From the IMG/VR virus record IMGVR_UViG_3300021226_000189: a DNA stretch of 64,000 nucleotides. The stretch is one strand, 5' to 3'. Made by a program: the position numbers and the translations under genes. How positions within the stretch are numbered: the first letter of the stretch is position 1; every line of letters begins with the position of its first letter. Source of the DNA: a virus. Under the pieces are notes generated by a model. It saw only the letters and a program-made list of their open reading frames with translations, was not told the DNA's origin and made no database searches. Positions 9,672 to 20,077 of the stretch are shown in pieces.

Positions 9672-10984
9672 TGGAAAATATTTGTAAAATTAATGATGTT
9701 GAATACAGATACGAATATCTCTTCAAGAATTCTGATAATGAAGAGGTTCGTATGACGAGTTCTGCGGTGAGAAACCTGACTATCGTGGATAATATCTATA
9801 ATCCATTTTTGAGAGGTTCTGTGTCAATAGCAAACCCATATGATATTTTTGAAGAGAAGTATATTATCCGTGGTGATGGTAGAGACGAATTCAAAGTCTT
9901 TCTAAAACCAGTTGATGACATAGATGGTTTGAGCATCGATGAAACTTTTATATTATTAAAAGAAGAAAACATGGGGGATTTAGAAGTTCGTTCGGAAAAT
10001 ATGAAGAATTTTAAAATTCTTCATAAAGATATCTTACCTTTCCTAGACACTTTACCATACAATAAAAAATTTGAAGGAAAAGTCGGTGACATTTTGAAAG
10101 ATATTTTCATCGAATTGTTGGGTGAAGACAAAGTAGATTCTGATAATTGGGAAAGCGGTGATTTTGAAATAGAATACATCCCACCAGTCAATTTTAAATA
10201 TAGGGATTTGGTATATCATCTTTTGAAATTTTTCTTCGGTAAACATGACGACCTTTATGTGAAAGGTTTCATATTGAGAAATAGTGATAAAAAATACTAT
10301 CTTTCATACTTGTCGAATATATTTCAAAATAACGATTCCAATATGATGGACGTTTTTCTCGTTGCGGATTTAGCAGATGATAATATAGCGAACAATGAAA
10401 ATAATCCACAAGGTAATCACGAGTTGAAAAAATACGCTAATGGTGTGAAAAATTTTTGTTACGATACTCCTTCTTACGAACATAATAATAGTCATTTCAT
10501 CAACTCCATAGTACATGGATATGATAAATTTTCTGGAACTCATTGTATGAAAATTCTTAGAATTCAAGATATTGAAGATAAATGGAAAACCAAATTTGTG
10601 GATTCGTTTAAATGTTTATACAAAACACCAATTCCCTTCGTAATTAAGAATCAGAAAACGGCTAAAAAATTCAAACATTATAGATTACCATATGATATTG
10701 AAGATAGTGTCAAAATGGTGGAAGCTGAGATGTATAACATATTAACTTTTTATAATCTGAATTGTTCTTTCACCAATTTGGGAGATATTAAACGCTCTTC
10801 GGGAACCTTTATAGATTTGATAAAAATAGGCAACATAGAGTTCAAGGGTGATCAAAAAATGTTTGGTAGATGGTTCACGACTGAAGTGCGCCATGTCATT
10901 TCCAATGATTCATTTTACAACGATTTTAAATGTTGTAAAACTTATGTTGGACCGTCTAATACAACAAATAATGATGTAGAATAA
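9671..10984 (+). CDS. Probable baseplate hub protein
   Basis: 437 aa, coupled to gp53-like gene; size and context only. Confidence 0.4.
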   Translation: MENICKINDVEYRYEYLFKNSDNEEVRMTSSAVRNLTIVDNIYNPFLRGSVSIANPYDIFEEKYIIRGDGRDEFKVFLKPVDDIDGLSIDETFILLKEENMGDLEVRSENMKNFKILHKDILPFLDTLPYNKKFEGKVGDILKDIFIELLGEDKVDSDNWESGDFEIEYIPPVNFKYRDLVYHLLKFFFGKHDDLYVKGFILRNSDKKYYLSYLSNIFQNNDSNMMDVFLVADLADDNIANNENNPQGNHELKKYANGVKNFCYDTPSYEHNNSHFINSIVHGYDKFSGTHCMKILRIQDIEDKWKTKFVDSFKCLYKTPIPFVIKNQKTAKKFKHYRLPYDIEDSVKMVEAEMYNILTFYNLNCSFTNLGDIKRSSGTFIDLIKIGNIEFKGDQKMFGRWFTTEVRHVISNDSFYNDFKCCKTYVGPSNTTNNDVE

Positions 10985-12774
10985 TGAGAAACAGAATCGA
11001 AATATTAAGAGCAATTTGTTTCAGTAAGGAAGATATTAGCACCTACACTGATCTACCAGTTGATTTCACCGAAATTGAAATAGAATTCATGATCGAATTT
11101 AAAAAAGTTTATGAATTGGGAGTGAAACAGTTGGAAAAGTTTATGAAAAAATTGGATTCTGAGGGTTTTAACTTAGAACCATACGATATTCAATATTACG
11201 TCAAACAATTATTAAATGGTCCTTATTCAAAATATGTTAAAATATTAGGAAGAGATAAAAAATACTTTTCAAATACACCAGATTCGTTGGGTGTTTTATG
11301 TAATCATGAAGTAACCAACGCCAATACTACATTATATCAAGATGATGAGTATCCTGTGAATGTTCCTTCCGATGCTTACAATAAAGCTCCGTTGATGGTT
11401 AAAAATATTGTCGATATTTCAAATAAAACAGTTGAAGATATCTTCAGGTCATCTCTACATTCAAGCTTAATATACGATAACACCTTACCTATTGTCGATA
11501 AAAAGAGTCAGACTAGATATTCTGACGAGAGAACTGGTTCTTGGCAGCAACAAGCACACGGTAGCTACAATGTCAGAGATTCGTATTATCGCAAAAACAT
11601 GGAGAATGTGAGGGAGAAAGTCGTCGATGCTGTTAAAAATGATATCGGAGATGAGAATTTCCGCATTTATGGTGACAAAAAATTATATTCACCTTATGAT
11701 CCTTATGCTAATGACGCTAAGACGGAAAATTATGCTTTCAATAAGAGGTTGAAGTCTAAATCTAATAACTGGAATTCTGGTATTAGTATTGGTGTCGGTG
11801 GAAACATGGATTTTGGTATAAGAAATATCATGAGAAATACCGCCAACAATATTAATTACAGTATTAATAATAGCATCAACAATACTATCAACAATGTAAT
11901 AGCAAATGGTATAAGTTCCAATCTAAATCTTAGATTGAATAGTAATATAAGTTCTTTTATTAGTTCCACTGCAAATAGTAATATCAGCTTATTGTTAAAT
12001 GGGCAACTTAGTAACAACATAAACAGAGCTATTAATTTCGGTATTGGTTCGGGTGTTGGTCAGATTCTTAACGGAACTGTCGGCAACATAGTTAACAATA
12101 ATGCTATTAGTAACATCGTTACCACAGGTATAAGTAGTGTCGGTGGAGTGGTTAATAGAATTAGTGGATTTGTTGGAAATGGTGTGAATTCGATTAGTAA
12201 TGGAGTTAATAATGCTATAAATAGTGGTATTAAATTGATCAATCCTAATCTAAACGCTGTTCAACTCAATTCTATCAATGCGGGAGTTACCAATTTCATC
12301 AGCACTGGTGTTAATACATTGATAGGAGCTGGTATAGGTCGTGTGGTTGGTTCTCTATTCGGCTCAGGTTTCAAAAATTTCAACGGTGCTTTGAATGCGA
12401 GAGTTAATGCTGGTATTCAGAATGCTATAAGAAAAGGCGTTGGTTTTATTACAAATTCTGGGTTGAATAGTAATATCACATTTAATGTTCCAAATTTTAA
12501 TATTAGTAATAATTTTAATAATAGAGTGGGTGGTAATTTCAATTCTAGAGTCATTTCTCGAATTAATAACATTAATAGACCAAATAATACTTTAGCCACA
12601 CTGAACACTTCTCAATCGAATTTTGTTTTTGAAAGTGGATATGATTACGCTACCATACCTGAAGACATTTTTGGAAATGTTTTTGAACAGCAAAATGGAA
12701 TGGTGCAAATCAATAAAATTGACAAAAACCGTAGATATTCATTGAATAACAATCGCGGAAGATTAAATTCTTAA
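10984..12774 (+). CDS. Structural-module protein with long Asn/Gly/Ile/Ser low-complexity region
   Basis: 596 aa; coupled to upstream gene. Confidence 0.7.
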   Translation: MRNRIEILRAICFSKEDISTYTDLPVDFTEIEIEFMIEFKKVYELGVKQLEKFMKKLDSEGFNLEPYDIQYYVKQLLNGPYSKYVKILGRDKKYFSNTPDSLGVLCNHEVTNANTTLYQDDEYPVNVPSDAYNKAPLMVKNIVDISNKTVEDIFRSSLHSSLIYDNTLPIVDKKSQTRYSDERTGSWQQQAHGSYNVRDSYYRKNMENVREKVVDAVKNDIGDENFRIYGDKKLYSPYDPYANDAKTENYAFNKRLKSKSNNWNSGISIGVGGNMDFGIRNIMRNTANNINYSINNSINNTINNVIANGISSNLNLRLNSNISSFISSTANSNISLLLNGQLSNNINRAINFGIGSGVGQILNGTVGNIVNNNAISNIVTTGISSVGGVVNRISGFVGNGVNSISNGVNNAINSGIKLINPNLNAVQLNSINAGVTNFISTGVNTLIGAGIGRVVGSLFGSGFKNFNGALNARVNAGIQNAIRKGVGFITNSGLNSNITFNVPNFNISNNFNNRVGGNFNSRVISRINNINRPNNTLATLNTSQSNFVFESGYDYATIPEDIFGNVFEQQNGMVQINKIDKNRRYSLNNNRGRLNS

Positions 12775-13268
12775 ACGTCGATTGTTGGCGGTGTGTCTTT
12801 TTGATTCAACAATTTGATAATATCGTTTCTAGTGAAAGTTAATTTCGGAGTATTGTTTTCCTCCTCTTCCCTGATAATTTTGGCTTGGATATTCATCTGA
12901 GTGATTTCTTTCTGTGCCTTGATTTTATCTTCCGATATTTTTAACTTGGAGAGTGCATCAATTGCTGATGTGGTGGCTTTCACCAATTCTGACACAGATT
13001 CGATCAATTTGGAATCAGCACCAGCAAGAACTTCTAATTTGAGATTCTCAACCATTTCCAACGAATGATTCACAACTTTACCAGCGTTGGTGATGACAAA
13101 TTCTTCCAAATCTTCTTTCTTGAGATCTGGTTTATCTTTTGGTAATTGATTAACAATTTTTGATTGATTTTTAATTTGAGAAATAATATCATCTACCTCT
13201 GCATCCAAAAAATCATCATCTTCGTCGTGATCCATATTGATATTTATGCTTGACATTCTATAAATCAA
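12771..13268 (-). CDS. Helical protein, possibly terminase small subunit (gp16-like)
   Basis: 165 aa, acidic N-terminus and coiled-coil VSELVKATTSAIDALSKL; weak resemblance only. Confidence 0.3.
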   Translation of the reverse strand: MIYRMSSININMDHDEDDDFLDAEVDDIISQIKNQSKIVNQLPKDKPDLKKEDLEEFVITNAGKVVNHSLEMVENLKLEVLAGADSKLIESVSELVKATTSAIDALSKLKISEDKIKAQKEITQMNIQAKIIREEEENNTPKLTFTRNDIIKLLNQKDTPPTIDV

Positions 13269-13286
13269 CGATAAAGTAATGGAAAT

Positions 13287-14252
13287 ATGGTAGATTTAAC
13301 AAACAAAACGATACTTGTCACGGGTGGTGGTGGATTTATTGGTAGTAATTTTATTGAAATGGTGTTGAAAAAATATTACTACTGCAACGTCATAAACATT
13401 GACAAGCGTGGTATTGGTTCAAGGTCTTTGATAGACGAATCTTATAATTGGATTGGAACACAGCGAAGAAATCTATATTATGAATATATGGAAAACTTGA
13501 TGTATTTAGATTTATCCTTGAGTCGAACTAAACAATGGAAATTCGATTACATCTTCCATTTTGCTGCTGAATCCCATGTTGATCGTAGTATCAATTCCCC
13601 TGAAGCATTTATTGAAAACAATGTGATGGGTATGGTATCTCTATTGGAGTGGGTGCGAAAATATCAATCTCAAGCAAAGGTTATTAATATCTCTACGGAT
13701 GAAGTGTTTGGTCATTTGAATGCGAATGATCCTGCTTTCACTGAAGAATCACCATTTAATCCAAGAAGTCCTTACGCTGCATCCAAAGCATCCGCTGATC
13801 TGATTGCCAATGCTTACGTTACCACTTATGGTTTGGATATCACTACGACACATTGTTGTAACAATTTTGGCAAACACCAAGCAGATGAAAAATTTATCCC
13901 CACTGTAATCCGCTCTATTGTGAGGGGAGAACCTATCCCTGTCTATGGAACAGGTGAGAACATTCGGGAATGGATTCATGTCGAAGATCATAACAAATGG
14001 TTGCTTGAAATTGCTGGTAATCATCACTGTTCTACAAATATTGGGTCGGGGATTGAAAAAACAAACCTTGACATGATCAAAGATATTGGTAATATATTGG
14101 GAGTGGAACCCCAAATTAAATTCGTCGAAGATAGAAAAGGACATGACTTCCGTTATGCTATCGAATCTTATATTCCATTTGAATTGAGAAATCACGAAGA
14201 AGCTCTTAAAGAAACTGTTGAATTTTACAAAAACAAATACCAAGTGGTCTAA
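13287..14252 (+). CDS. rmlB: dTDP-glucose 4,6-dehydratase
   Basis: VTGGGGFIGSNF, HFAAESHVDRSI, ISTDEV, PRSPYAASKAS, DRKGHDFRY. Confidence 0.93.
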   Translation: MVDLTNKTILVTGGGGFIGSNFIEMVLKKYYYCNVINIDKRGIGSRSLIDESYNWIGTQRRNLYYEYMENLMYLDLSLSRTKQWKFDYIFHFAAESHVDRSINSPEAFIENNVMGMVSLLEWVRKYQSQAKVINISTDEVFGHLNANDPAFTEESPFNPRSPYAASKASADLIANAYVTTYGLDITTTHCCNNFGKHQADEKFIPTVIRSIVRGEPIPVYGTGENIREWIHVEDHNKWLLEIAGNHHCSTNIGSGIEKTNLDMIKDIGNILGVEPQIKFVEDRKGHDFRYAIESYIPFELRNHEEALKETVEFYKNKYQVV

Positions 14253-14279
14253 ATAAAGAAAGAATAACATATAAAAAAC

Positions 14280-15368
14280 ATGGATATCAAACAAGAAGTA
14301 ATCGACGCACGTATCAATAAAGGATGGACATTCTCCGCAATTTACGATACATATGGAGTCCCTAAGAGTACTGCTCAAGGATGGTTGAAAAAACACTTTG
14401 ACGAAAGCGTTGAAGAAGATGTTGTGGAAACCCCCACACCTTACCAAGAATATAAACAGGGTTATGTGGTGGAAACCATGCAGCGAGAAAAACCACAAAA
14501 ATTCAAAAAGACTGAAGATGAAGTCTTTGCTTTTCTTGAACAACTTGCTCCTATTAAAGTTGATGGTTTGAATAATAATTCTGTATCCTATGGTTTGAAT
14601 GAATATGCGGTTGTTGGGTCTGATTTCCATTTTGGTTGTCATGATGAATCAGCTATTAATATCTTCCTTGAAACGATTGCTGAATTACAACCAAAAACGA
14701 TTGTGTTGAACGGTGATACTATGGATATGCTCGCTATTTCCAAATATCCAAAAGATATTAAAAAGCATTGGAGTCTTTTGGATGAACGTAAAGCTTACCA
14801 CCAATTCTTGGACGATTTAATTTCGGTTTCGAATGGTGCTAAAATCTATGAGACTGTTTCTAATCACAGTGGACAATCCATTGATGGTAGATGGAGACGT
14901 TACCTCTCTGATCGTTTGGGGGAACTTGGTTGCCTTCCAGAGATTACTGATAAATTGAGTTACCAGAACGTGTTCATGGGTGACTATCAAAATCATGTAG
15001 AACATGTTGATTATGTAGACCTGAATGGATTGATCGTAACACACGGAACAACGGTGCGCGGTGCAGGAGGCGCATCTGCTAAAGGGGAGATTGAAAAGTG
15101 GCATACGAGTATCTTACATGGCCACACACATCGCTGTGGGCAGACTTTGAAACGTGTTCCAGCAATTGGTAATCGCGGTGAGAAGCAGATTGTAGGTATA
15201 GAATCGGGGTGTCTTTGCTCTCTCGATGCTGCATACGGTTCCGCTATGAATTGGAATCAGGGGTTTGGTATCGTTGCTTTGGGTAATGAATCTTTCGGAT
15301 ATGAGCAAGTATTTGTGAATAATGGCATTGCAAACGTGGCATCACTTGGAAAAACTATCAGAGGGTAG
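14280..15368 (+). CDS. HTH plus calcineurin-like metallophosphoesterase
   Basis: N-terminal HTH (YGVPKSTAQGW); SDFH, NGD..D, SNH, THG, HGHTH motifs. Confidence 0.8.
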   Translation: MDIKQEVIDARINKGWTFSAIYDTYGVPKSTAQGWLKKHFDESVEEDVVETPTPYQEYKQGYVVETMQREKPQKFKKTEDEVFAFLEQLAPIKVDGLNNNSVSYGLNEYAVVGSDFHFGCHDESAINIFLETIAELQPKTIVLNGDTMDMLAISKYPKDIKKHWSLLDERKAYHQFLDDLISVSNGAKIYETVSNHSGQSIDGRWRRYLSDRLGELGCLPEITDKLSYQNVFMGDYQNHVEHVDYVDLNGLIVTHGTTVRGAGGASAKGEIEKWHTSILHGHTHRCGQTLKRVPAIGNRGEKQIVGIESGCLCSLDAAYGSAMNWNQGFGIVALGNESFGYEQVFVNNGIANVASLGKTIRG

Positions 15369-15998
15369 AAACTCCCATTTATATCCTTTATGGGAATTCG
15401 TACAACCTCTACAAACATTTCCAACTTGTTTAGGTGTGAACCCACCTTCTTTTGTTGAAGCTACAGATTCCCATTTTTTCACAATTTCCCCATTTATGGT
15501 TTTCTGTAAAACTGGTTTATAAGAAACAATATTTTTCCTGCCGATATTAGATGATCTAATTTTTTCTACATGTTCTGGTGATAATTTTTTTCCTCTATGA
15601 GCGGCTGCGATTTTATCTTTGGTTTCTTGAGAAAGTTTTTTACCTATCATAGAAAGTCTTTGTTCTTCTTTCATTCTCCTTCCAATTATTCTACGTCCAC
15701 TTGTCCCTTCCCCGCCGTTAGTTAAATTCACCAATGTTCCTTCATTTAAATCTTTTCTACCATATAATTTTATAAATTCTTTTTCTTTTTTGAAAAGTTC
15801 ATCTTTGGATAATTCATCCATCAAGATCTCAACTTCAAATGGAGTATTTTTAATAACGTTTTTCCAAAACACGCTTCTTTTATAAGAATTATAAGCTCTT
15901 GAATATCTATGCCCATATTTCCTATGAATACCAATTCCAATATAAAATACTTCATTCGTGTCTAGCCTTACATGTCTATATAGATAACCTGTGGTCAT
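15342..15998 (-). CDS. GIY-YIG homing endonuclease with NUMOD3/NUMOD1-type repeats
   Basis: GYLY..VFYIGIG, LVNLTNGGEG, KKLSQETKDKI; TAAATA-N5-ATG. Confidence 0.85.
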   Translation of the reverse strand: MTTGYLYRHVRLDTNEVFYIGIGIHRKYGHRYSRAYNSYKRSVFWKNVIKNTPFEVEILMDELSKDELFKKEKEFIKLYGRKDLNEGTLVNLTNGGEGTSGRRIIGRRMKEEQRLSMIGKKLSQETKDKIAAAHRGKKLSPEHVEKIRSSNIGRKNIVSYKPVLQKTINGEIVKKWESVASTKEGGFTPKQVGNVCRGCTNSHKGYKWEFLPSDSFSK

Positions 15999-16091
15999 AT
16001 ATTTATTTAGTTAAAAATTCAAAAATAAACCAATTTACAAGAGTTCCATATTATGTGTTTACATTTTAACGATTTGTGGTTAAATAATCAC

Positions 16092-16961
16092 ATGGATTCT
16101 TTTGATATATTTTTTGAAAAACGTGAGAGAAATCGACTCCGTAAACAGGAGTTGGAAGATATTGGTAAAATCAATAATAAAGATTGGGTCGAGCAAGAAA
16201 AGAAAAATTTACCTCCTGTTGAATTGGAAAAAATTAAAAAAATGGAAGAACTACAAGTTCCTCCCGAATTAATTAATAAATTCAAAGAAGGTAAATTAAA
16301 AGAACATGAGAAAAAATTATCTTCCGAATATCTAATAGGAAAAGAGAATAAAGATCTTGTTTTTAGAGATAATTACAGAAATGTTAAAATTTATACTGAT
16401 CAATATGTGGTGAATGTGGATAAATCTGTGAAAAGAACTTTTTCGACCGTTTTTACTATGATGACTACTTTGAAAGACATAATGCCTACTAGAGGTTTCA
16501 GTGTCATAATTACCAATTCTGATAAAAACCCCAATTTTCCAAAGGTTAAAGCACTTGGAGATGGAAGTAAATCTCTTGCTTATTATACAAGAAATAAAAT
16601 TTATGTCGATGAATTAGACCCCATTGATGCTTCTACTTTATTACATGAATATGCACATTTATTGGCGGATAGAGTTCCTAAAAATGTTGAACGTATGATA
16701 AGACGTGAATACGAAAAAATGATAAACGGCTATTTTACCAGTGTTACGGGAAAAAGAAGTAGACGAAAAAATTTAGAAGGTAAAAGAAATGCGATTAATA
16801 GGGAAAAAGTAGCAGAAGCTTTGGGACTTCCAAACGATTATGCTGCGACAAATTTTGATGAATGGTTCGCTGTTTTAATCGAACATTGGAAACAAATGAG
16901 AAATAATATGCATACTTACAAATTTAAACAAATATTGAAAAAAGTGATTACGAGATTATGA
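16092..16961 (+). CDS. Zincin-like metallopeptidase (HExxH)
   Basis: LLHEYAH and YAATNFDEWFA; start moved from 16053 to the ATG 5 nt after TAAATA. Confidence 0.6.
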   Translation: MDSFDIFFEKRERNRLRKQELEDIGKINNKDWVEQEKKNLPPVELEKIKKMEELQVPPELINKFKEGKLKEHEKKLSSEYLIGKENKDLVFRDNYRNVKIYTDQYVVNVDKSVKRTFSTVFTMMTTLKDIMPTRGFSVIITNSDKNPNFPKVKALGDGSKSLAYYTRNKIYVDELDPIDASTLLHEYAHLLADRVPKNVERMIRREYEKMINGYFTSVTGKRSRRKNLEGKRNAINREKVAEALGLPNDYAATNFDEWFAVLIEHWKQMRNNMHTYKFKQILKKVITRL

Positions 16962-17127
16962 AAAAACAATTCGATTACGGGAATTATATCATTTCCTATA
17001 GAAAAGAAAAAGACGGTCTTCTCCATTTCTTAAAGAAGAACATCGCCACGTTGGATGACGCTTTGAAAGAGCATCATAAATTACAAGATTTAGGTTATCA
17101 TGATGTTTTGATTAAAAAATTTAGAAA

Positions 17128-17316
17128 ATGAAATACACAGGTAATATTAATAGCTACACCTTTATTATGAAGGAAGGTGATGATGTAATCGAGGTATGGT
17201 CAGATATGGATGCGGAATTTCCAGAATCATATATCTACCTAAAAGAGGGTGAAATTAAGAGTGAGCGTCATTTCCACATGGAGATATCGGATTGGTGGAT
17301 GCGAAATAAAAACTAG
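17128..17316 (+). CDS. Hypothetical protein
   Basis: 62 aa; ends KN* inside the promoter motif. Confidence 0.6.
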   Translation: MKYTGNINSYTFIMKEGDDVIEVWSDMDAEFPESYIYLKEGEIKSERHFHMEISDWWMRNKN

Positions 17317-17332
17317 CTTACAATCGGTTGCG

Positions 17333-17893
17333 ATGGACAAACATTACAAACACATCGTTGACGATACAAACGGTAAAAGCAGTGAAGAACTGAGAACTGA
17401 TATTTTAAAAGAAATTGACGAAGCTATTGTGGCCACCTCGGATGAAGAGTTGGCAGAATATTTCCAAATGAGAAAAGTTGATTACTCTATGAAAAAAGTG
17501 ATTTTGATTAGAGCAGTCAGCGGTGCTGGTAAATCAACTTTTGCTGAAATGCTTGCACCTGATTTTTATATCTGTTGTGCTGATGATTTCTTCACAGACG
17601 ACCAAGGTAATTACAATTTCGATGCTTCCAAGCTTGGACAGGCTCATAAAGCTTGTCAAGAAAAGTATCTCAAATTGGTGGATCATCCATATATAGATCT
17701 TATTGTTGTTTCAAACACGAACACGAAAGAATCTGATTATAAGTTTTATCTTGACGAAGCGGAAAAGCGTGGTATTATGGTTTTCTCGTTGGTGCTTGAG
17801 AATAGGCATGGTGGTAAAAACTTACATGGAGTACCTGACCATGTGCTTGAGCGTCAGGAACAGAATATTAAAAACAGCTTAAAATTGCGATGA
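17333..17893 (+). CDS. Polynucleotide kinase-like P-loop protein (AAA_33 type)
   Basis: VILIRAVSGAGKST, CADDFF, VSNTNT, HGVPD..LERQ; start set at first ATG after motif. Confidence 0.8.
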   Translation: MDKHYKHIVDDTNGKSSEELRTDILKEIDEAIVATSDEELAEYFQMRKVDYSMKKVILIRAVSGAGKSTFAEMLAPDFYICCADDFFTDDQGNYNFDASKLGQAHKACQEKYLKLVDHPYIDLIVVSNTNTKESDYKFYLDEAEKRGIMVFSLVLENRHGGKNLHGVPDHVLERQEQNIKNSLKLR

Positions 17894-18058
17894 ATAAGAA
17901 TCAACAACTCGTTCTTACTTGCCTTCAAATCAATTTGAAGAATGCTAAGACTCCTGCTATGCGTAAACACGTTCAAGACCAGATAACATCATTTAAATTA
18001 TATTGTAACCCAAAACCTAAACCACAACGTCCAGCTTGGTTGGACAAATTTTAACAAA

Positions 18059-18277
18059 ATGAGCGAACAACGATTAGATGACAAAGCAGAGCTTGAAAAG
18101 ACTCTCGTAACAAAGGGTGATATTGACTGGGATAAGCTTGTCATGACAAATAACATTTCACTAACCTACTCGTTTCTGGAAAGAAATAATCTTAGTATTG
18201 AGTTTGAAAATCGTGATGCTTTGCTCGAAGAGCTATGTCAAAAAGTTTTTGGCGCGAAACCAATTTATAAACAATAA
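18059..18277 (+). CDS. Hypothetical protein
   Basis: Co-oriented packed ORF. Confidence 0.6.
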   Translation: MSEQRLDDKAELEKTLVTKGDIDWDKLVMTNNISLTYSFLERNNLSIEFENRDALLEELCQKVFGAKPIYKQ

Positions 18278-18282
18278 AAAAT

Positions 18283-18570
18283 ATGGAATTCCTAAAACAA
18301 AACCTATCAGAAATCTGGCTACCAGTAATCGAGCAATTTCCGAAAATATTCCTCGAACCATCACCATACGTTCAAGGTCTTTATGAAAAATATTACAAAG
18401 ACGAAGGCATCAAGAAAGAAGACTTGGTGAACTTGCGTTATGGCTTTGAACACGGTGTCGGTTGGAAAGATATTGTTATCGGCTTTTGTGAAGATATGCA
18501 AGCTCTTGCTATTGGACCTCACTGGGATGAGGATTTTGTTGGAGTAACCGATCAATTAAAATTATTTTAA
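18283..18570 (+). CDS. Hypothetical protein
   Basis: Co-oriented packed ORF. Confidence 0.6.
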   Translation: MEFLKQNLSEIWLPVIEQFPKIFLEPSPYVQGLYEKYYKDEGIKKEDLVNLRYGFEHGVGWKDIVIGFCEDMQALAIGPHWDEDFVGVTDQLKLF

Positions 18571-18571
18571 T

Positions 18572-19153
18572 ATGGAAAACAAAGAAATCAACATTGCTAT
18601 TGCGAAAAAATCTGGATTCTCAGTGTTTACGCCAAAAATAATTTTGAGCGAGTATTTCCCAAATTATGGATACTCTATCAAAAATCATCAAGAAGTAGAT
18701 AAAGAAATCTGCTACATGCTGGCAAAATCAGGAATACATAAAGATTATTGGGGTGGGCGGAAAGTTGTAACTTTCTTACTAAAAGATGGTTTGATCTGCG
18801 TAAGTTCAGTAACTAGGAAAAACGAGCTGATTGCGCCAGGGAAAAACATCCCACCTTTCATGCGCTCCGAAATCCCAGTGCATATTAACAGAGATTTCAT
18901 CCGAAAAGAGGAGCATAAGAACGGATTCCAACTGGATGATTTCGCCGAGTATCTTCCAGATTACTGCTCTGATGCTAATGCCACACAAGACATTATTGAT
19001 TCATTTACACGCAAGCAAACAATAAGTTACATTTCCCACCTATACGATATTGTAGGCGGCACAATGGATGATGCTGTTGTGGCGAGTCGTAAAGACAAAG
19101 CACTAGCTATATGGAAAACACTAAAAGAAGAATATGAGAGAACTAAAATTTAA
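18572..19153 (+). CDS. Hypothetical protein
   Basis: 193 aa packed ORF. Confidence 0.65.
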   Translation: MENKEINIAIAKKSGFSVFTPKIILSEYFPNYGYSIKNHQEVDKEICYMLAKSGIHKDYWGGRKVVTFLLKDGLICVSSVTRKNELIAPGKNIPPFMRSEIPVHINRDFIRKEEHKNGFQLDDFAEYLPDYCSDANATQDIIDSFTRKQTISYISHLYDIVGGTMDDAVVASRKDKALAIWKTLKEEYERTKI

Positions 19154-19598
19154 AATTTGGGACAGACAAGCAAACAGATGGGCTGAGAATGATTGCTCAC
19201 TTCATTGTTGCAGTAACTGGCAGATTGACCCATTTACGGGGCAGTTAACTGATTTTGTCAGTGCATTGGATAGTGACGAGGTAACACGCTATAACGCAGA
19301 TCCTGCTCCTGATTATTATTGGAAAGATGGCAAGATCGTAAATGAGCCTCGATATGTATTGGTGCAATTTACGGGTATTAAAGACAAGAATGGAAAAGAG
19401 ATTTACGAAGGAGACATCTTAATTTTTCGACCAGCGTATGACGAATCATTGGGAGGTCAATTCGGCAATGCTATTTTCTCGGTGTCTTTTAAAGACGCTT
19501 CTTTTAGATTTGGTGATGAGTTGGCAGATCAGGAGGGTGCTAATTATTATGAAGTCATCGGCAACATCTTTGAAAATCCAGAACTATTAGAAGCATGA
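19134..19598 (+). CDS. YopX-family protein
   Basis: MRELKFKIWD, QFTGIKDKNGKEIYEGDI, VIGNIFENPELL. Confidence 0.85.
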   Translation: MRELKFKIWDRQANRWAENDCSLHCCSNWQIDPFTGQLTDFVSALDSDEVTRYNADPAPDYYWKDGKIVNEPRYVLVQFTGIKDKNGKEIYEGDILIFRPAYDESLGGQFGNAIFSVSFKDASFRFGDELADQEGANYYEVIGNIFENPELLEA

Positions 19599-20023
19599 AC
19601 AGAGAAATTAAATTTAGAGTTTGGTGTCCTACATCAAAACATTTTTCGACTCAGCCTTGGCTTAGTTGTGATGGTTTAATGCTTAAATGGGAGCATACTG
19701 GAGATGCACAGACTCTTACGGACATAAGATTTGATAATTATGTTATCCAACAATACACTGGCTTAAAAGACAAGAATGGTAAAGACATTTATGAGGGAGA
19801 TATTGTAAACATTTTAAAAGAGAATAAATGTTATCCCGTGAATTTCGGCAATTGCTACGCTTCTGCTGATGACAACTATTGTGGAACAGAGTGTTTTGGA
19901 TACCATATAGACGGACAAATTATGGGATCGCGCGAAAGAAATTGGGGAAATGGAGCATTAATCACTGAAAATATGGAAGTTGTTGGCAATATCTTTGAAA
20001 ATCCTGAACTATTGGAAAAATGA
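19595..20023 (+). CDS. YopX-family protein (tandem paralog)
   Basis: MNREIKFRVW, QYTGLKDKNGKDIYEGDI, VVGNIFENPELL. Confidence 0.85.
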   Translation: MNREIKFRVWCPTSKHFSTQPWLSCDGLMLKWEHTGDAQTLTDIRFDNYVIQQYTGLKDKNGKDIYEGDIVNILKENKCYPVNFGNCYASADDNYCGTECFGYHIDGQIMGSRERNWGNGALITENMEVVGNIFENPELLEK

Positions 20024-20077
20024 AAAATAGATAGCATTTCTTGTTGAAAGATATAAAAACTAGAGTATAATCCAATT

